Source: Octopus bimaculoides (taxonomy: Eukaryota). From it: a stretch of 63,955 nt of DNA. Below the pieces are notes generated by a model. It had not been told where the DNA came from, did no database searches, and saw nothing but the letters and a program-made list of their open reading frames with translations. The position numbers and the translations under genes are program-made. Shown here piece after piece: positions 40,285-53,769 of the stretch (position 1 is the first letter of the stretch; each line of letters opens with the position of its first letter). Where the stretch lies: positions 91,339,128 to 91,403,082 of the forward strand of contig NC_068984.1 in NCBI RefSeq assembly GCF_001194135.2. Reading direction: 5' to 3'.

Positions 40285-42405
40285 ACTAAAATTGAAATCA
40301 AAGAACATGAGAAAATGTATACGGCATTTGAAGCTTGTGGCCAGTTATACCAGTTTTGTCATATACCCTCTGGAGTAACCAATGGAGTTGCATGTTTTCA
40401 AAGAGTAACGGATTCAATCATTAAAGAAGAGAAGCTCAAGGGAACCTATGTGTACATAAACAATATTACCGTCTGTGGTACCAATTGCACAGAACATGAC
40501 AAGAATTTAGAATATTTCCTTGCTGTTGTGAAGAAGTATGGACTTACGTTTAATGAAAGTAAAAGCATCATTGCTACTGATCGGATAACTCTGTTGGGGT
40601 CCGAGATTTCTAAGGGTAACATCAAACCAGATCCAGAAAGATTAAGACCCCTTGTAGATTTACCACCCCCAACAGATATGAAAGCTCAAAAGCAGGTTGT
40701 GGGAATGTTTGCTTATTACTCTCCATGGATCTCTCATCTTTCCAACAAAATTCATCCATTCGTTCAGAACACGACATTTCCCCTTCCTGAGAGAACCAAA
40801 CAAAGCTTTGAAAACCTGAAGAAGGAACTTGAGCATTCCGTCATAACCACAGTGAAGCCTGACATTCCATTAGTGGTTGAAACAGATGCTTCCGACATTG
40901 CCACTGCTGCAACTCTAAACCAAGAAGAGGCTTTCTTCTCAAGGACTCTAACTCCCAGCGAGCAACATCACTCTGCCGTTGAGAAGGAAGCTTATGCTAT
41001 TGTGGAAGCAACAAGGAAATGGAGACACTTCCTATTGGGAAACCATTTCAAACTTATCACTGACCAGAAATCAGTTGCCTTCATCTATGACACCCATCAA
41101 AAGGCTAAAGTCAAAAATGACAAAATACAAAGGTGGAAGATAGAACTCTCCTGTTTTAGCTATGAAACTGTTTACCGACCTGGGACAGATAACAAGGGAC
41201 CCGACTGTTCGTCTCGTGCTTATTGTGCAGCATCATTATTGGTAGATTTGAAAAGGTTACATGAAACATTAAGTCATCCAGGTGTTATGAGAATGTTTCA
41301 TTTTGTCAAATCAAAAAGGCTCCCGTTTTCACTGGAAGATGTTAAGACAATGACATCTAACTGTAAAGTCTGTGCTGGACTAAAATCAGCATTTTTGAAG
41401 CCTCCCCAATCTCATCTGATCAAGGCTACTCAACTGTTTGAGAGACTCAGTCTGGATTTCAAGGGTCCTCTATGATCAGCGACACTTAAAATACCTGCTA
41501 ACTATTGTTGATGAATACTCATGTTTCCCGTTTGCACTTGCCTGTGCTGATACTTCTGCCTCTACTGTCATTTGCTGCCTCTCTTAACTGTTTGCTATTT
41601 TTAGAATACCATCATACATCCACAGTGATAGAGAACCTGCATTTATGTCAGAAGAGTTGAGATCTTTTCTACTACAGAAAGGAGTAGCAACAAGTCGCAC
41701 AACTCCATACAATCCTTGTTGTAATGGTCAGGTGGAGAGGCTGAATGGTATGCTTTGGAAAGCCATTACCCTATCCCTCAAATTTCGTGCTTTGCCAATC
41801 AGTCATTGGGAGCAAGTACTTACAGACGCTCTGCACAGCTACAAATGAAACTCCACACGAGTTTTCCTACAACCGCAAATCTACAATGGGAACAACACTC
41901 CCCAACTGGCTTCTGACTCCTGGACCTGTGAACTTGAAATGTAATGTCAGATCATCCCAAATATGACCCCCTGTTTGATGAAGTAGAACTTTTAGACTGT
42001 AACCCTCAATATGCACATGTACGTTTATCTGATGGACGGGAAACAAGTGTGTCACTGAGACAGCTGGCTCCAATCCTTGAGACTTTGACCGATCAACAAA
42101 ATCATGAAGAGATTGTGAAAACTGATGAAACTCCTAACACGTACTTTGAAACTACGAACTATGAAATCATCTGAAAGTAATGAGGTAACCATTGAACATA
42201 CTCCCCAAGACACTCCAGAGACTGATAATATTAATCCAAGTGTTGAGCAGCAGAAACAACAGACACCTCATGAACTGCATGTTCGGAAAAGAGAATCTAT
42301 CAGTTACTTCAGAACCAGAACATATAATCTATGCAGTAGAGAAGTTTGAAACATTCTGTGCTTATCCATTCAACCCCTGGACTTCAGTTTTCTAGTGGGG
42401 GAGAA
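40285..42405 (+). mobile_element. Ty3/Gypsy LTR retrotransposon, 5'-truncated pol (RT-RNase H-integrase)
   Basis: ORF 40315-41475 contains YTAF, YINNI (degenerate YxDD), VETDAS, EKEAYAIVEA, LITDQK and an HHCC finger. Integrase motifs LSLDFKGP, VDEYS, HSD and NGQVERLNG follow with stops and frameshifts. Polypurine tract at 42394-42405. Confidence 0.95.
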
Positions 42406-42666
42406 TGTTGTGAGAATGCAATGAACTGTGTGTATGCATGTTTATGTTGTTTGCGTATACATGTTTATACGAAAATATACATGCTGTTCATGTATGTATT
42501 TTTTATACATAAATATTTTGGCTAGCTTTTCATTACCAAACCGCATCATGTGATTGCCGTTAACTCATTCTCAACTTGCTGGTGAAAATTATTATTTGTC
42601 TACTGTATCTGTCAAAGAAGTTGAATAAAGCCTTATTTCCAATACGGCGATTCTGTTCTCCTTACA
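42406..42666 (+). mobile_element. 3' LTR of the Gypsy element
   Basis: Starts TGTTG immediately after the PPT agtgggggagaa, ends ...cttACA, and contains AATAAA at 42624-42629. Confidence 0.75.
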
Positions 42667-42717
42667 AATGCTCATCAATCTGAAATTGTCCATTCTGTAC
42701 TCTGGTATTTATGTTTC

Positions 42718-45077
42718 AAGGGTTTATGATCTGCACAGAAAGAGAGGTGTAGATGTATGAAGTTGAAAAAAAAACAAGATTTCTTATCTGAGCATCTTCT
42801 GGATTTGTATTCTTTCGGTGGAGTTATTAAAATGAAATAGTGGAATCCAAGTGCGTGCGCTAGTTTATATAAGGTCGGGTGGTGGAGGTGGGGGAAGTGT
42901 TGGAGAAGCAAGTGGTTATCAAAACAGAGAGTGAGACAGAGAGAGAGGGAGCCAAGGTTAGGCTGATGAAAGATAGAACACAAGGGAAAAAAATATTCTT
43001 TTGGGATTTTGGGTAACATAATTTAATGAAACAGCAAATGCTAATAATTTTTTCTTTTTTTTTGTCTTTAACCCTCCAACACGGAGTATAGGCCACTTAT
43101 AATTGAATTCCAAGTCGCATAATTTTTCGCTTCTGTACTTATACTCTGCCATGAATGTCCCCCTTTCTCTAGTTCCTTTTGTGTTGATCTACGCCACGAG
43201 TTCTTAGGCCTACCCCTCTTTCTATATCCATCCGGATTCCACTGTAAAGCATTTTTCGCTGCATTTGGTGTGTCCTTTCTAATTGTGCTACCAATCCACT
43301 TCCACTTTTTCTTAAATATTTGCTCCCTAATCGAAACTTGATTTGTTCTTTGCCATAGCTCCATATTGCTTATGTGTTCGGGCCATCTAATTTTAAGTAT
43401 ACTACGCAAGCATCTGTTGATGAATGATTGTATTTGCTCATTTGTCTTAACTGTTGTTCGCCATGTCTCAGCCCCATACAATAACATCGCTTTTATGTTA
43501 GTGCTAAAAATTCTTATTTTGTTCTTTATTGAAATTACACTTGCACTCCATACTTTTTTTAAGAGGTGGAAAGCGGTTCTCACTTTACTTATTCTCGTCT
43601 TAATATCTTCATCGGTGCCACCTGAGAACATTATCTTACTACCTAAATATGTAAACTCGGCTACATCCTCTAGTTCACCGGTTTCGACAAAGGATTCCAC
43701 GAGGTTTGGTGCATGGAATGTTCGAACAATGTTTGCTGCTGGAAAGTGTGAAAATATTAGCAAAGAAATGGACAATTACAAATTGGAAATTTTGAGTTTG
43801 TGTGAAACTAGGTGGATTGATAATGGACAAACTAAGCTAGCTTCAGGAAAAACAATTATATACTCAGGACACAAAGATGACAAGGCACATCACACAAGGG
43901 CCATAGCTCTGATGCTGACTAAGAAAGCAGCTAAAGCATTAATAGAATGGCTACCCATAAACGAAAGATTGATACTAGCGAAGTTTAGAACGTCTGATAA
44001 GCGGATTTTCCTAACAATCGTTATGTGCTTCGCCCCAACAAATGAAGATGATGAATGCTGATAATAGTGAAACAGAATTGAAAAATCTTGGAATTTTCGG
44101 TCAACGAATCTGTGACAAAATTAGAGAAAAAAGTGACAACGTGACAAAATTGAATAAATGAATAGGTGACGAATAGTAAATGCGTGTGAAAGGAACTTAA
44201 GTTTGTTTTAAAACAGCAGCAAGGAAGACGAAACTATGTTTACATGGTAATGAATAGATAGAATAATGAAAAGAACTAATAAGGGGTTTATGATCTGTGC
44301 AGAAAGAGGTGTAAATGTACGAAGTTGAAAAAAACAAGATTTCTTATCTGAGCATCTTCTGAATTCATATTCTTTTGACGGAATTATTAAAATGAAGTAG
44401 CGGAATCCAANNNNNNNNNNNNNNNNNNNNNNNNNNNNNNNNNNNNNNNNNNNNNNNNNNNNNNNNNNNNNNNNNNNNNNNNNNNNNNNNNNNNNNNNNN
44501 NNNNNNNNNNNNNNNNNNNNNNNNNNNNNNNNNNNNNNNNNNNNNNNNNNNNNNNNNNNNNNNNNNNNNNNNNNNNNNNNNNNNNNNNNNNNNNNNNNNN
44601 NNNNNNNNNNNNNNNNNNNNNNNNNNNNNNNNNNNNNNNNNNNNNNNNNNNNNNNNNNNNNNNNNNNNNNNNNNNNNNNNNNNNNNNNNNNNNNNNNNNN
44701 NNNNNNNNNNNNNNNNNNNNNNNNNNNNNNNNNNNNNNNNNNNNNNNNNNNNNNNNNNNNNNNNNNNNNNNNNNNNNNNNNNNNNNNNNNNNNNNNNNNN
44801 NNNNNNNNNNNNNNNNNNNNNNNNNNNNNNNNNNNNNNNNNNNNNNNNNNNNNNNNNNNNNNNNNNNNNNNNNNNNNNNNNNNNNNNNNNNNNNNNNNNN
44901 NNNNNNNNNNNNNNNNNNNNNNNNNNNNNNNNNNNNNGGGGGGCAGAGAGGGAAGTGTTGGAGAAGCAAGTGGTTATCGAAACAAAGAGACAGAGAGAGA
45001 GGAGGGCCAGAGTTAGGCTGGTCAAGGATAGAACACGAGGAAGAAAAATATTCTTTTGGGATTTTGGGTAACATAAT
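42718..45077 (-). repeat. Two diverged LTR-like direct repeats (42718-43022 and 44281-45077)
   Basis: About 300 bp colinear. The minus strand begins TGTTACCC and copy 1 has a TATATAAA motif; copy 2 is interrupted by the N gap 44411-44937. Confidence 0.6.
43049..44053. mobile_element. RTE LINE insertion with inverted 5' segment, flanked by a 12-bp TSD
   Basis: Minus strand 43049-~43680 encodes the ORF2 C-terminus (FTYLGS..LLYGAETW..KRGRPKNSWRR) plus A-rich tail. Plus strand ~43680-44053 encodes the endonuclease N-terminus (GAWNVRTM..LCETRW..FAPTNE). TSD AATGCT(A/G)ATAAT at 43037-43048 and 44054-44065. Confidence 0.9.
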
Positions 45078-45179
45078 ACTTTTTATATTTTGTCTGCACA
45101 ACGCATTTGCCAATTAAAGAATTCTGGTCCACCGTCTAATGTCACTATCATTGAAAAGCCATTTTGACAACAATCTCCA

Positions 45180-46052
45180 AAGTGAAACAACTCATTGTTG
45201 ATGCTTCTGAATTTGCAGTAGTATGCAATAATGTCTCAAAACAGAAAGTCTATATAGCATCTGTAAACCATTTCTTCACAGTTCATTAGAAGGACTTGAT
45301 AGTACTCAGAGAAATTAGAGCAATATTGAACATGAAGTCTATGTGATGGTGTGACATGCTGAAAGATTGAGACATTTTCTATTAGGGAAACCTTTCACAG
45401 TACAGATGGATCAACTATTGCAGTTTTTTTTTTCAAAAAGATCTCAATGTTTTCAGATTAGTTTCTTAATGGATTACTAGATGAATCCTCATATACTTTT
45501 GATCATGCCCTGTCCCCTCAATCACCATTGTATTTCCACACATTCACAATGTTTGTCCTGTTTTTGTTTTTGACTGCGGAACAGTAAAAAGATCAAGCAA
45601 AAAGTGGGATTTTGTGTCCTCAAACTGTGCTTGTTACCCTTTCTACAGAGCTCCAGAATGATGCCTAATATAATTTTATCTGATTGATGCTAGCAGAAAT
45701 ACAGCCTGGATTAAGGCTGAATATTAAAAGATCCAGCATTAATTGAACAAATAGTTAAATATCCTTGCCCAAGTATATTTATAATCATGATAATATTATC
45801 AAAGGGCTAAAATCATCAATTTCTCTGTTTCCTATAGAGCCAACATTTGATCATGTGATCCCCTGTAGTAATATTTCTAACAGGTCCAAGTCACTAATTT
45901 TTCTATCGACTGCTGCAAATATTGGATCCATACTCCCAACACTGCAGAATCTTGCTAATTCTCACAACAATTTAATGAGCGGCAGAACACCATCACAAAG
46001 AAGATGCAGAATGACAAAAAGAATTCAGAAGCCACAAAGATATAATAATTAA
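45180..46052 (+). mobile_element. Second, highly degraded Ty3/Gypsy pol fragment
   Basis: LIVDASEFAV and TQRN*SNIEHEVY..ERLRHFLLGKPFTVQMDQ (RNase H), plus terminal RRCRMTKRIQKPQRY resembling a Gypsy integrase tail. Confidence 0.7.
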
Positions 46053-46779
46053 CAGGATTTATCTTTTGCAGTTGGAGTTATTTAATGTTTATAGTATTCT
46101 ATTATTAATATGTGAATATATCTAATCAACTCAAACATACTGTATCTATCCAGTTCATTTGTTACATCATTGTTATGCTAATTTTGTTGCATGTTTGGCA
46201 TAAGTACACCTGATTGTGACTACTAAAAGTCAATGTCAAACAGTTTCATGCTCTATTGTTTGAATAATATTGAGCTGCAATATTTAGTTATAACACACAT
46301 GTGAAATTTGGAACTTACTTCAAAGTCACAGACAATTTCATTTAATCCAGTATTAGTAGAGACTTTCATTGCATTTGTGATTGCCAGGATTTTGCCATAT
46401 TTTTGCAAGCTGGATGCTCTTCCTATAACCAACCACTTTACATGGATGGGTAGATTTTTATTATATCACCAGCACTAAAAAGCTTGTTTACCAAAGCTAA
46501 TGTGTCCCCTCTACACTGTATCAGTTTTTATTCATTTTCTCCTAGATAGCTTGCCTTTGCTGCAGCTTATAGAGTCCATGTCTCTTATGTGAAGGTTTGT
46601 ATTCAAGGTTACACTCTCCTAGACAGGTTGCTTATGAGGTTTGAATAGCTCTTGCCTACTCATGTGCAGTCTTTCAGGCTTATAATGCTACAGAAAGTGC
46701 TCACAGTGTATGTTGCATAAAATTACAGTTATAGATCTATTGGTAAGGCAAAAGAAATGGAATGTTGGAGATAAGGACA

Positions 46780-48250
46780 AGTAAAAGAGAAGGGAATTGA
46801 AGAGTTGTCGTATCTAATCATTATCAACTGCAACATTGGCAAAGGTGATGTTTTACTAAGGAGTCACTTCAGATGTATCAAGCTAATGGATTAAGCTATG
46901 AAGAAAGAGTTATACACTACTGATAAGGAAGAGAATTAACTGAGATGAGATTTGGATTTGTGCCAGGAAAGGGTATTATTGATGCCCTCTTCCTAGTGAA
47001 GCAACTACAAGAGAAGTTTTTAGATAAGAGTAAGCTGCTAAACCTAATATTTGATCTAGAAAACGCTTTTGATAGGGTACTATGCACTATAGTCTGATGG
47101 TCTCAAAGAAAACTACATATAGCTGAATGGCATGTAGAGCTGTGCATGTGATGTACAAAGATACTTTCAACAAAGTAAGAGTTGACAAGGAGTTCAGCAA
47201 TGAATTTAGTGTGCAAGTGGGTGACTATGGAGGCTTGGTTCTCAACTTCATCTTGTTTACCATAGTTCTACAGGCGATAACACAAGAGTTTAAGATCACT
47301 AATCCATAGGAACACCTGTATGCTGATGACTTAGTTCTGATAGCTGAATCTATCAAAAGATATAGAGAAAAAATTCTAAACATAGAACCAAAGCTTAGAA
47401 TCAAAAGATCTCAGAGTAAACATTGCAAAGACAAAGTTTAAAAAGGAGAGAAAGCAGAACTTCACTGCTATTTGAGAAGTACTCATGCTTGCTATCAAAT
47501 GAGTAGATAGGAATTCCATACAGTGTGCCCAATTTAAACTACAAACACACAAGGTGTAGCAGGATCACAAACAGACCAATAGTAAAGAAAAATTTCATGT
47601 GGCAGATGCAGAAGAGTAATTAATAGTAAGAGCAGCCATGAAATAATTTTTTTTTGAATGCACAAAGTGATAGCTTCAGTTACCTAAGTGACACAATTAG
47701 TAGTAGGGGAAGAGCTCTGAAAGTATAATAGCCTGAGTGAGAATGTTGTGGAAAAAGTTCAAAAAGCTACCATCTCTGCTGGTAACAAAAGAATTCTCTT
47801 TTCAAATGTAAAGTAAATTGCACAATACTTGTGTACAAAGTGTAGTGTCTCATGGTAGTGGAACATAGGCTTTGAATGCAAAGGGTTTATCAAGGCTAGA
47901 AAGAATTGAAGCAAGCATGCATCATTGGATGTGCATTATAAGTGTGCATAAATGACAAACAACTGAGGTGAAAGAAAAATTATATAAGAAGAATTGGAGG
48001 CAGTGTACAAGGGTAGAGACTATACTGATACAAACACGCAATGTATATGGCGGATGACAGTTGGGTAAAGAAGTGCCAAGCAATCCAAGTGGACAGGACC
48101 TATAGAAAAGGAAAACTGAGCAAATGTGAAAGAATACATTGTCGCCCACCTATCAAGGAGATTAGTAACTCTAGATAAGAACTGGCTCAGCCTGTGACAA
48201 CCCAACTAACCTATGCCAGCATGGAAAAATAGATGTAAAATAATGATAAC
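46780..48250 (+). mobile_element. Degraded RTE LINE (RT to 3' tail)
   Basis: FVPGKGIIDALFLVKQLQEKF..DLENAFDRV, LYADDLVL and SFSYLSD motifs, ending in the SINE-like tail; many disablements. Confidence 0.85.
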
Positions 48251-48815
48251 TATGGAAGTTTCAAGGTTTTGTTAGATATAAATTAAAATGATTCTTCTGA
48301 GACCTAAATGAGATACTGTATAAAATAGGTGTATTTCTTTAGCCCAATTTAATATTTGTTTTACTGAAACATGATAAAGACATGTATAGCAATAAGTGCT
48401 ATTTACCTGGCATATGCTATACATCTTACTCAAATGGTCAAATGGTGCTACATATATATATATATATATATATATANNNNNNNNNNNNNNNNNNNNNNNN
48501 NNNNNNNNNNNNNNNNNNNNNNNNNNNNNNNNNNNNNNNNNNNNNNNNNNNNNNNNNNNNNNNNNNNNNNNNNNNNNNNNNNNNNNNNNNNNNNNNNNNN
48601 NNNNNNNNNNNNNNNNNNNNNNNNNNNNNNNNNNNNNNNNNNNNNNNNNNNNNNNNNNNNNNNNNNNNNNNNNNNNNNNNNNNNNNNNNNNNNNNNNNNN
48701 NNNNNNNNNNNNNNNNNNNNNNNNNNNNNNNNNNNNNNNNNNNNNNNNNNNNNNNNNNNNNNNNNNNNNNNNNNNNNNNNNNNNNNNNNNNNNNNNNNNN
48801 NNNNNNNNNNNNNNN

Positions 48816-48874
<59 letters not shown>

Positions 48875-49915
48875 GAGAAAACTGTTGCTATTACTGCCTC
48901 TAGTATTAATAATACATATTAATCTTTCACTATGTTTTCATTTTTGTTGTTGTTTTCATTGTTACCCAGTTTATTTTCAGATTGCACCACTTCATTTATG
49001 TAACTAATATCTCTGGGAAAGGCATGCTGTGGGTTAAAGACACATATCAGTATATATCTTCATGGTCAGAAGAAGAGAGATCAGCAAGACAAGTTTTAAT
49101 CCTGAATATCCTCGTTAATTGTCCAAAGTGAATCAGATAAACTGGTTTCCATATATAAGGCATCTGACAGTTAGTTTTATTCATAATATATTATGTAGGC
49201 AAACACGCTAATATATCGCTCATATATAAAACTTAGTCGAAGGAGTAAGGGCAGCACTCAGCCATTGAAGAGCCTCCAAAACTGGTAGAAAAAAGAAGCA
49301 AGGAAAACTCCTCATTACAGTTCAGAGAGGCAGTTTCCGTCTACTCAGTTTCCCACACAATGCTTGGGGTGACCTAAGATTATGGCAGAAGACACTTTCC
49401 TAAAGTGCTTAGAGTAACGGGGGCGAACCCGGAAAAGTAACCACTAGTATGACATTAAACTCACGGACGTACACAAACGCAAATTTTACATATATGAAAT
49501 ATAATGACTTCTTACACTAGAACAAGCTATACATTTCAAGGTGACAAACAACTGAATCAACCACAGTACATGACTATTATTTATTTTATCGAACCCAGAG
49601 AAAAAAAAAGGTAGTTGACACCGGTGGAACTCTAACTCAAAATAGTTCAGAGCTGAGGCGATAAGCTTAAAATTTGTTTAACATAAATAAATAACAGTAA
49701 GTTGCACAACTGAGGTAATATGAAGAGTTTAAAAAAAGGACTGTAATTATTTTCATAAATTAGATAACGAGTTAAAAGTTAAAGAAAACAAAAAATATCT
49801 TTTCCTAGAGAAGGCAGAGAAGAATAACACTCTATCCACTACTTCACTCGATAATGAAGTAACAGCAGCAGCAAGACAGGGAAAACACCCATGTGACTTC
49901 TCTGGCACACAGCTG

Positions 49916-49952
49916 ATGACGTCATGCAACAAGGCGTTCGGTAATGACGTCA
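49916..49952. promoter_or_regulatory. Two perfect CRE/ATF palindromes (TGACGTCA)
   Basis: TGACGTCA at 49917-49924 (within ATGACGTCAT) and 49945-49952, inside unique CpG-retaining sequence spanning ~49.4-51.5 kb. Confidence 0.5.
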
Positions 49953-52098
49953 ACAAGGTGACTAAAGGGAAATTCTCATAACTTCACACTTAAAACATTT
50001 ACATTCCTTTTTATATATAAAAAATCCATCCTTAAGAATAATTATAATGTTCTCATTTTATTAACCATTAGAGAACTTAATACATCTGACAGGCATTACC
50101 TTAACGTTCCGAACTATTTTTATCTTCAAGAGTTGTTCTTAATTATTCCAAGGAAAGGAAACAAAAAAACAATACTAAGAATAAATCATAAAATTAGCTT
50201 AGAGAAGGGAAAAAAAACCTACCCACTAAAACAGTTTACATTCGGTTCCTGTGCAAGCAATCAAGCTGTCAATCTAAATCAAACAACTCCACAAACACAA
50301 TGAAGAAAAAACTGGGAGCGGTGAATAGATAAATAAATACAATTTAGGAATATAAAATAGCATCAAAATAGAATACAGAATCTAGATCTAGGAGTGGTGA
50401 AGTATCATTACGTAAATAAATATTTTAAGACAATTAAAGCAGTATTAATAGAGAACACATGTACAGATAGTACATATTTACGTATATATATCCTTTTATA
50501 TCCTTTCTATTAGTTTCTGTCAATCATATTGACAGCGTTATTTATTTCATCCTGGTACTTATCGATCTCTATTTATTGAACTGTTGAAGTTACGGGGCAT
50601 AAAGGACTACAACAAAAAAAATAAATAAACAAGATAAACACTGGTACAAACACCGACACACGCACGTGCACATATATATTAGCATGCTAAGAATCATAAA
50701 CGAAACTTTCAGTTCTTGAATCACTTGTGTAAGTTTACAACGATTATATATATGTGTGTGTGTAAACAAAAATGATGTAAGAGAAATAATCCAGTAGCCA
50801 ATGGCATCTACACGAACAAAATAGATAAATACAGGTAACAAGAGCATACGTATCTGGGCTTTCAACAGTTGTTTATTCTGAGTTTCGCATTACCCATTTC
50901 AAAACATTTCACCTTTAATAATAAATAGCGTTAAACCTTCAAATCTCATTCCTGACGCATGTCTTGGTTATCAACTTGAGATTATGGGGAGTAAAAAACA
51001 CGAAGTATCGTGACGTGCGAAAGAAGCCGGAACTAAATGACAGCGACGAGAGCTTCTTAACCACACAGCTATGGCTACACCACTACAGTTTATATACAGG
51101 TTTATAATTGAATGTCCAGAAATCCTGGAATGGTGTCCGGCGGCTATTCAAGCCACAAAGAGTGAGGCGCTCCTGAGCATTCGTAAATGCATATCACTAG
51201 ACGATATACAACTCGTTGTGCAGTCTTGATCATTTGGTGGATCTTCAGTTCCAGATCTTTTATTGATACCAGCTTATTTCAGGATCATGTCAATGGGATA
51301 AAGAGGGTTTATGAAGTGTTGCACAAAGCCTTACTGGACGAACATTTTTTTTTTTTTATTGCGCAAACATTTTTTATTAAATCAGTGATCGGACACATGT
51401 GGACAGGTATTTTAAATGTGTGCACACGCAAACCGACAAGTGGGAGAATAGAATGTTTGCGTAATTCACATAAGTTACACGAAGATATCCTTCCTTATAA
51501 GTTTATACAATCAATATACATATATAAAGATACGGAATAAGAAATAAGAATAAGTTACACAAATATGTTGTATACAGACTGAAGAAATTGTTCCACATTT
51601 AACTTAAAGTATAGTTCATAACAAAAAATGCTTTGTTTTAATAATATAAAGTTTGGACTTCCAATAAAATCAGAACGAAAAAAAAAATCATTACTAAGGA
51701 AGAGTTTATATAGCTTACATAGCTATTTCAATTGTAACAGCAACCGCCTATTATAAGTTATGTTGTTGGATACAACTGTTGTGTTGTTTTGACTCTTGTA
51801 CGGTAATTTGGTTTCGTAATATTAGAATTCTAGAAACAAATAGGTCAACATTAACGCGGTACTTCTGACCTACAATACGTCATTCAAATTAAAGTATAAG
51901 CACAAATGCGAGCTTGACAATGAGAAGCAAATAAATAAATGCATTACCACTATCGTTATTATATGGAATAAAGTTCACTGATTATACACTTATGAAAGAC
52001 ATCGGTTAGGAAATGAATTCCAACATTATTATATATATAATATAAATTATATATATGATACATATATATATATTCTATACATATATAAATATATGTAT

Positions 52099-52130
<32 letters not shown>

Positions 52131-52959
52131 NNNNNNNNNNNNNNNNNNNNNNNNNNNNNNNNNNNNNNNNNNNNNNNNNNNNNNNNNNNNNNNNNNNNNN
52201 NNNNNNNNNNNNNNNNNNNNNNNNNNNNNNACATAGTATGTCATAAGTGTCTGTATATTGTCTTTATTGTCATTTTGGTTGTACAATAAACAGATTAATC
52301 AACAGAGTACAGTGTCTGCAGGTTGATGAGTACCTCATATTCCCCTCCATTTTGCTATATAAATTTAGGGTAAAAACCCCCTTTTACCTGCACCCACTTA
52401 TTGCACTTGGTATAACACTAGTGTAACAATAATTGGGTACCCTCCCATCAGTATATTGGATAGATATTATCCCTTAGTGGGTTGGATCCTCAGCCCCTAA
52501 CTCTCTTGGGTTATATATATACACACACATACATGCACATGCACTTACACACATAAACACACATACCCATACACATGCACAAGTACATACATACACACAT
52601 ACACATACAAAAGCACATGTACACATACATAAATATACATGCATATACATAAGGAACACCTACAAACATACAAGCATATACATATATGGAAAGAGAAGTT
52701 GTGAAGGGAATGCTAGAAATTTGAAAATGCCATTGAGGAAACGCTTCATAGGGTGAGAGAAGAAGAAAAGGTATAGAGGAAGAAAGATGGAATGAAAGAA
52801 CATAGTTAAATGGAGAAAGGAAGGAACGAGCAAAAAGAGAATAGATGATAGATGGAAAGAAAAGATGAAGGAAAGAATATGGGTTAAGGGAAGTAAGAAT
52901 AACGATAAGTTGCAGAAATTATTATGAGGCGAGGGATAGATATTATTTTAAAAAAGCAA

Positions 52960-53500
52960 AAGAGTGTTTTTTCCAATATAAATGCCTGTAAACTTGTTCA
53001 TTAACGGTACTTACCCGTTTATGTTTAGAAAAGAGGATAGATAGTTGCTCATCCATACAGAGAGGACAAAAAGATTTTTCCCTTTGTCATAGGGGAATGA
53101 TCTAGATAAAATTTTCCAATCTAAAGGGAAAAAGCTTGTTAGAGTCTTTAAGGTGCCAAATTAGCTTATTAAGTCCTGTAGAATTATGCTGAAGACTGTA
53201 TTTGAAGGTTGAAAGATGGTTCACTATATGGGATTTCAACTCCAGAGGAGATAATCCAGAGGTAGATGTACACACAACACACACACACACACACACACAC
53301 ACAAGGAACAAATTTTAAATGGACTACTGTTATAAAAAACAAATTGAATGCTCACAACTTCAATTATTAAACAATTTTTTGAAATATAATGTCACATAAC
53401 AAGGATAATTGGCATTTGACATGTATTATTGCTCTGGCTTAGAAGCTTTCCTGGTAATTTCCTTTTGCTTGATGCCAAGAGGCATGAACATATATATGTT
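52960..53500 (-). mobile_element. Penelope-like element GIY-YIG endonuclease C-terminal fragment (degraded)
   Basis: NHLSTFKYSLQHNSTGLNKLIWHLKDSN, then WKILSRSFPY in a shifted frame, matches the nH..sF...nsT.Ls..iW.LK..W.Il pattern of PLE GIY-YIG domains; interrupted by (CA)n. Confidence 0.65.
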
Positions 53501-53646
53501 TCTGTAGGATTTATTTATGATTTTACCTTTGCAGAATTCCAGTCAGTCACATACAAAACTCTTTGAGTTTGTGGTTTTCTGAATTGGTTGATGTGTGAAT
53601 TGTTTGATGTGTGCACTCAAGTTGTTGATGTGTATGTCACATTAGC

Positions 53647-53680
<34 letters not shown>

Positions 53681-53769
53681 CATTACTGTTTATGTGTCTG
53701 CATATTCTGTGACTGTGTGCATGTGCTCACATAGGAAACTCAAATGGCATATCCCTGAAATGTTTTACA

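Noticed and set aside
51187-51540. 117-aa plus-strand ORF
   Set aside because: No recognisable domain, includes a poly-T/Phe tract, and has no clear splice support.
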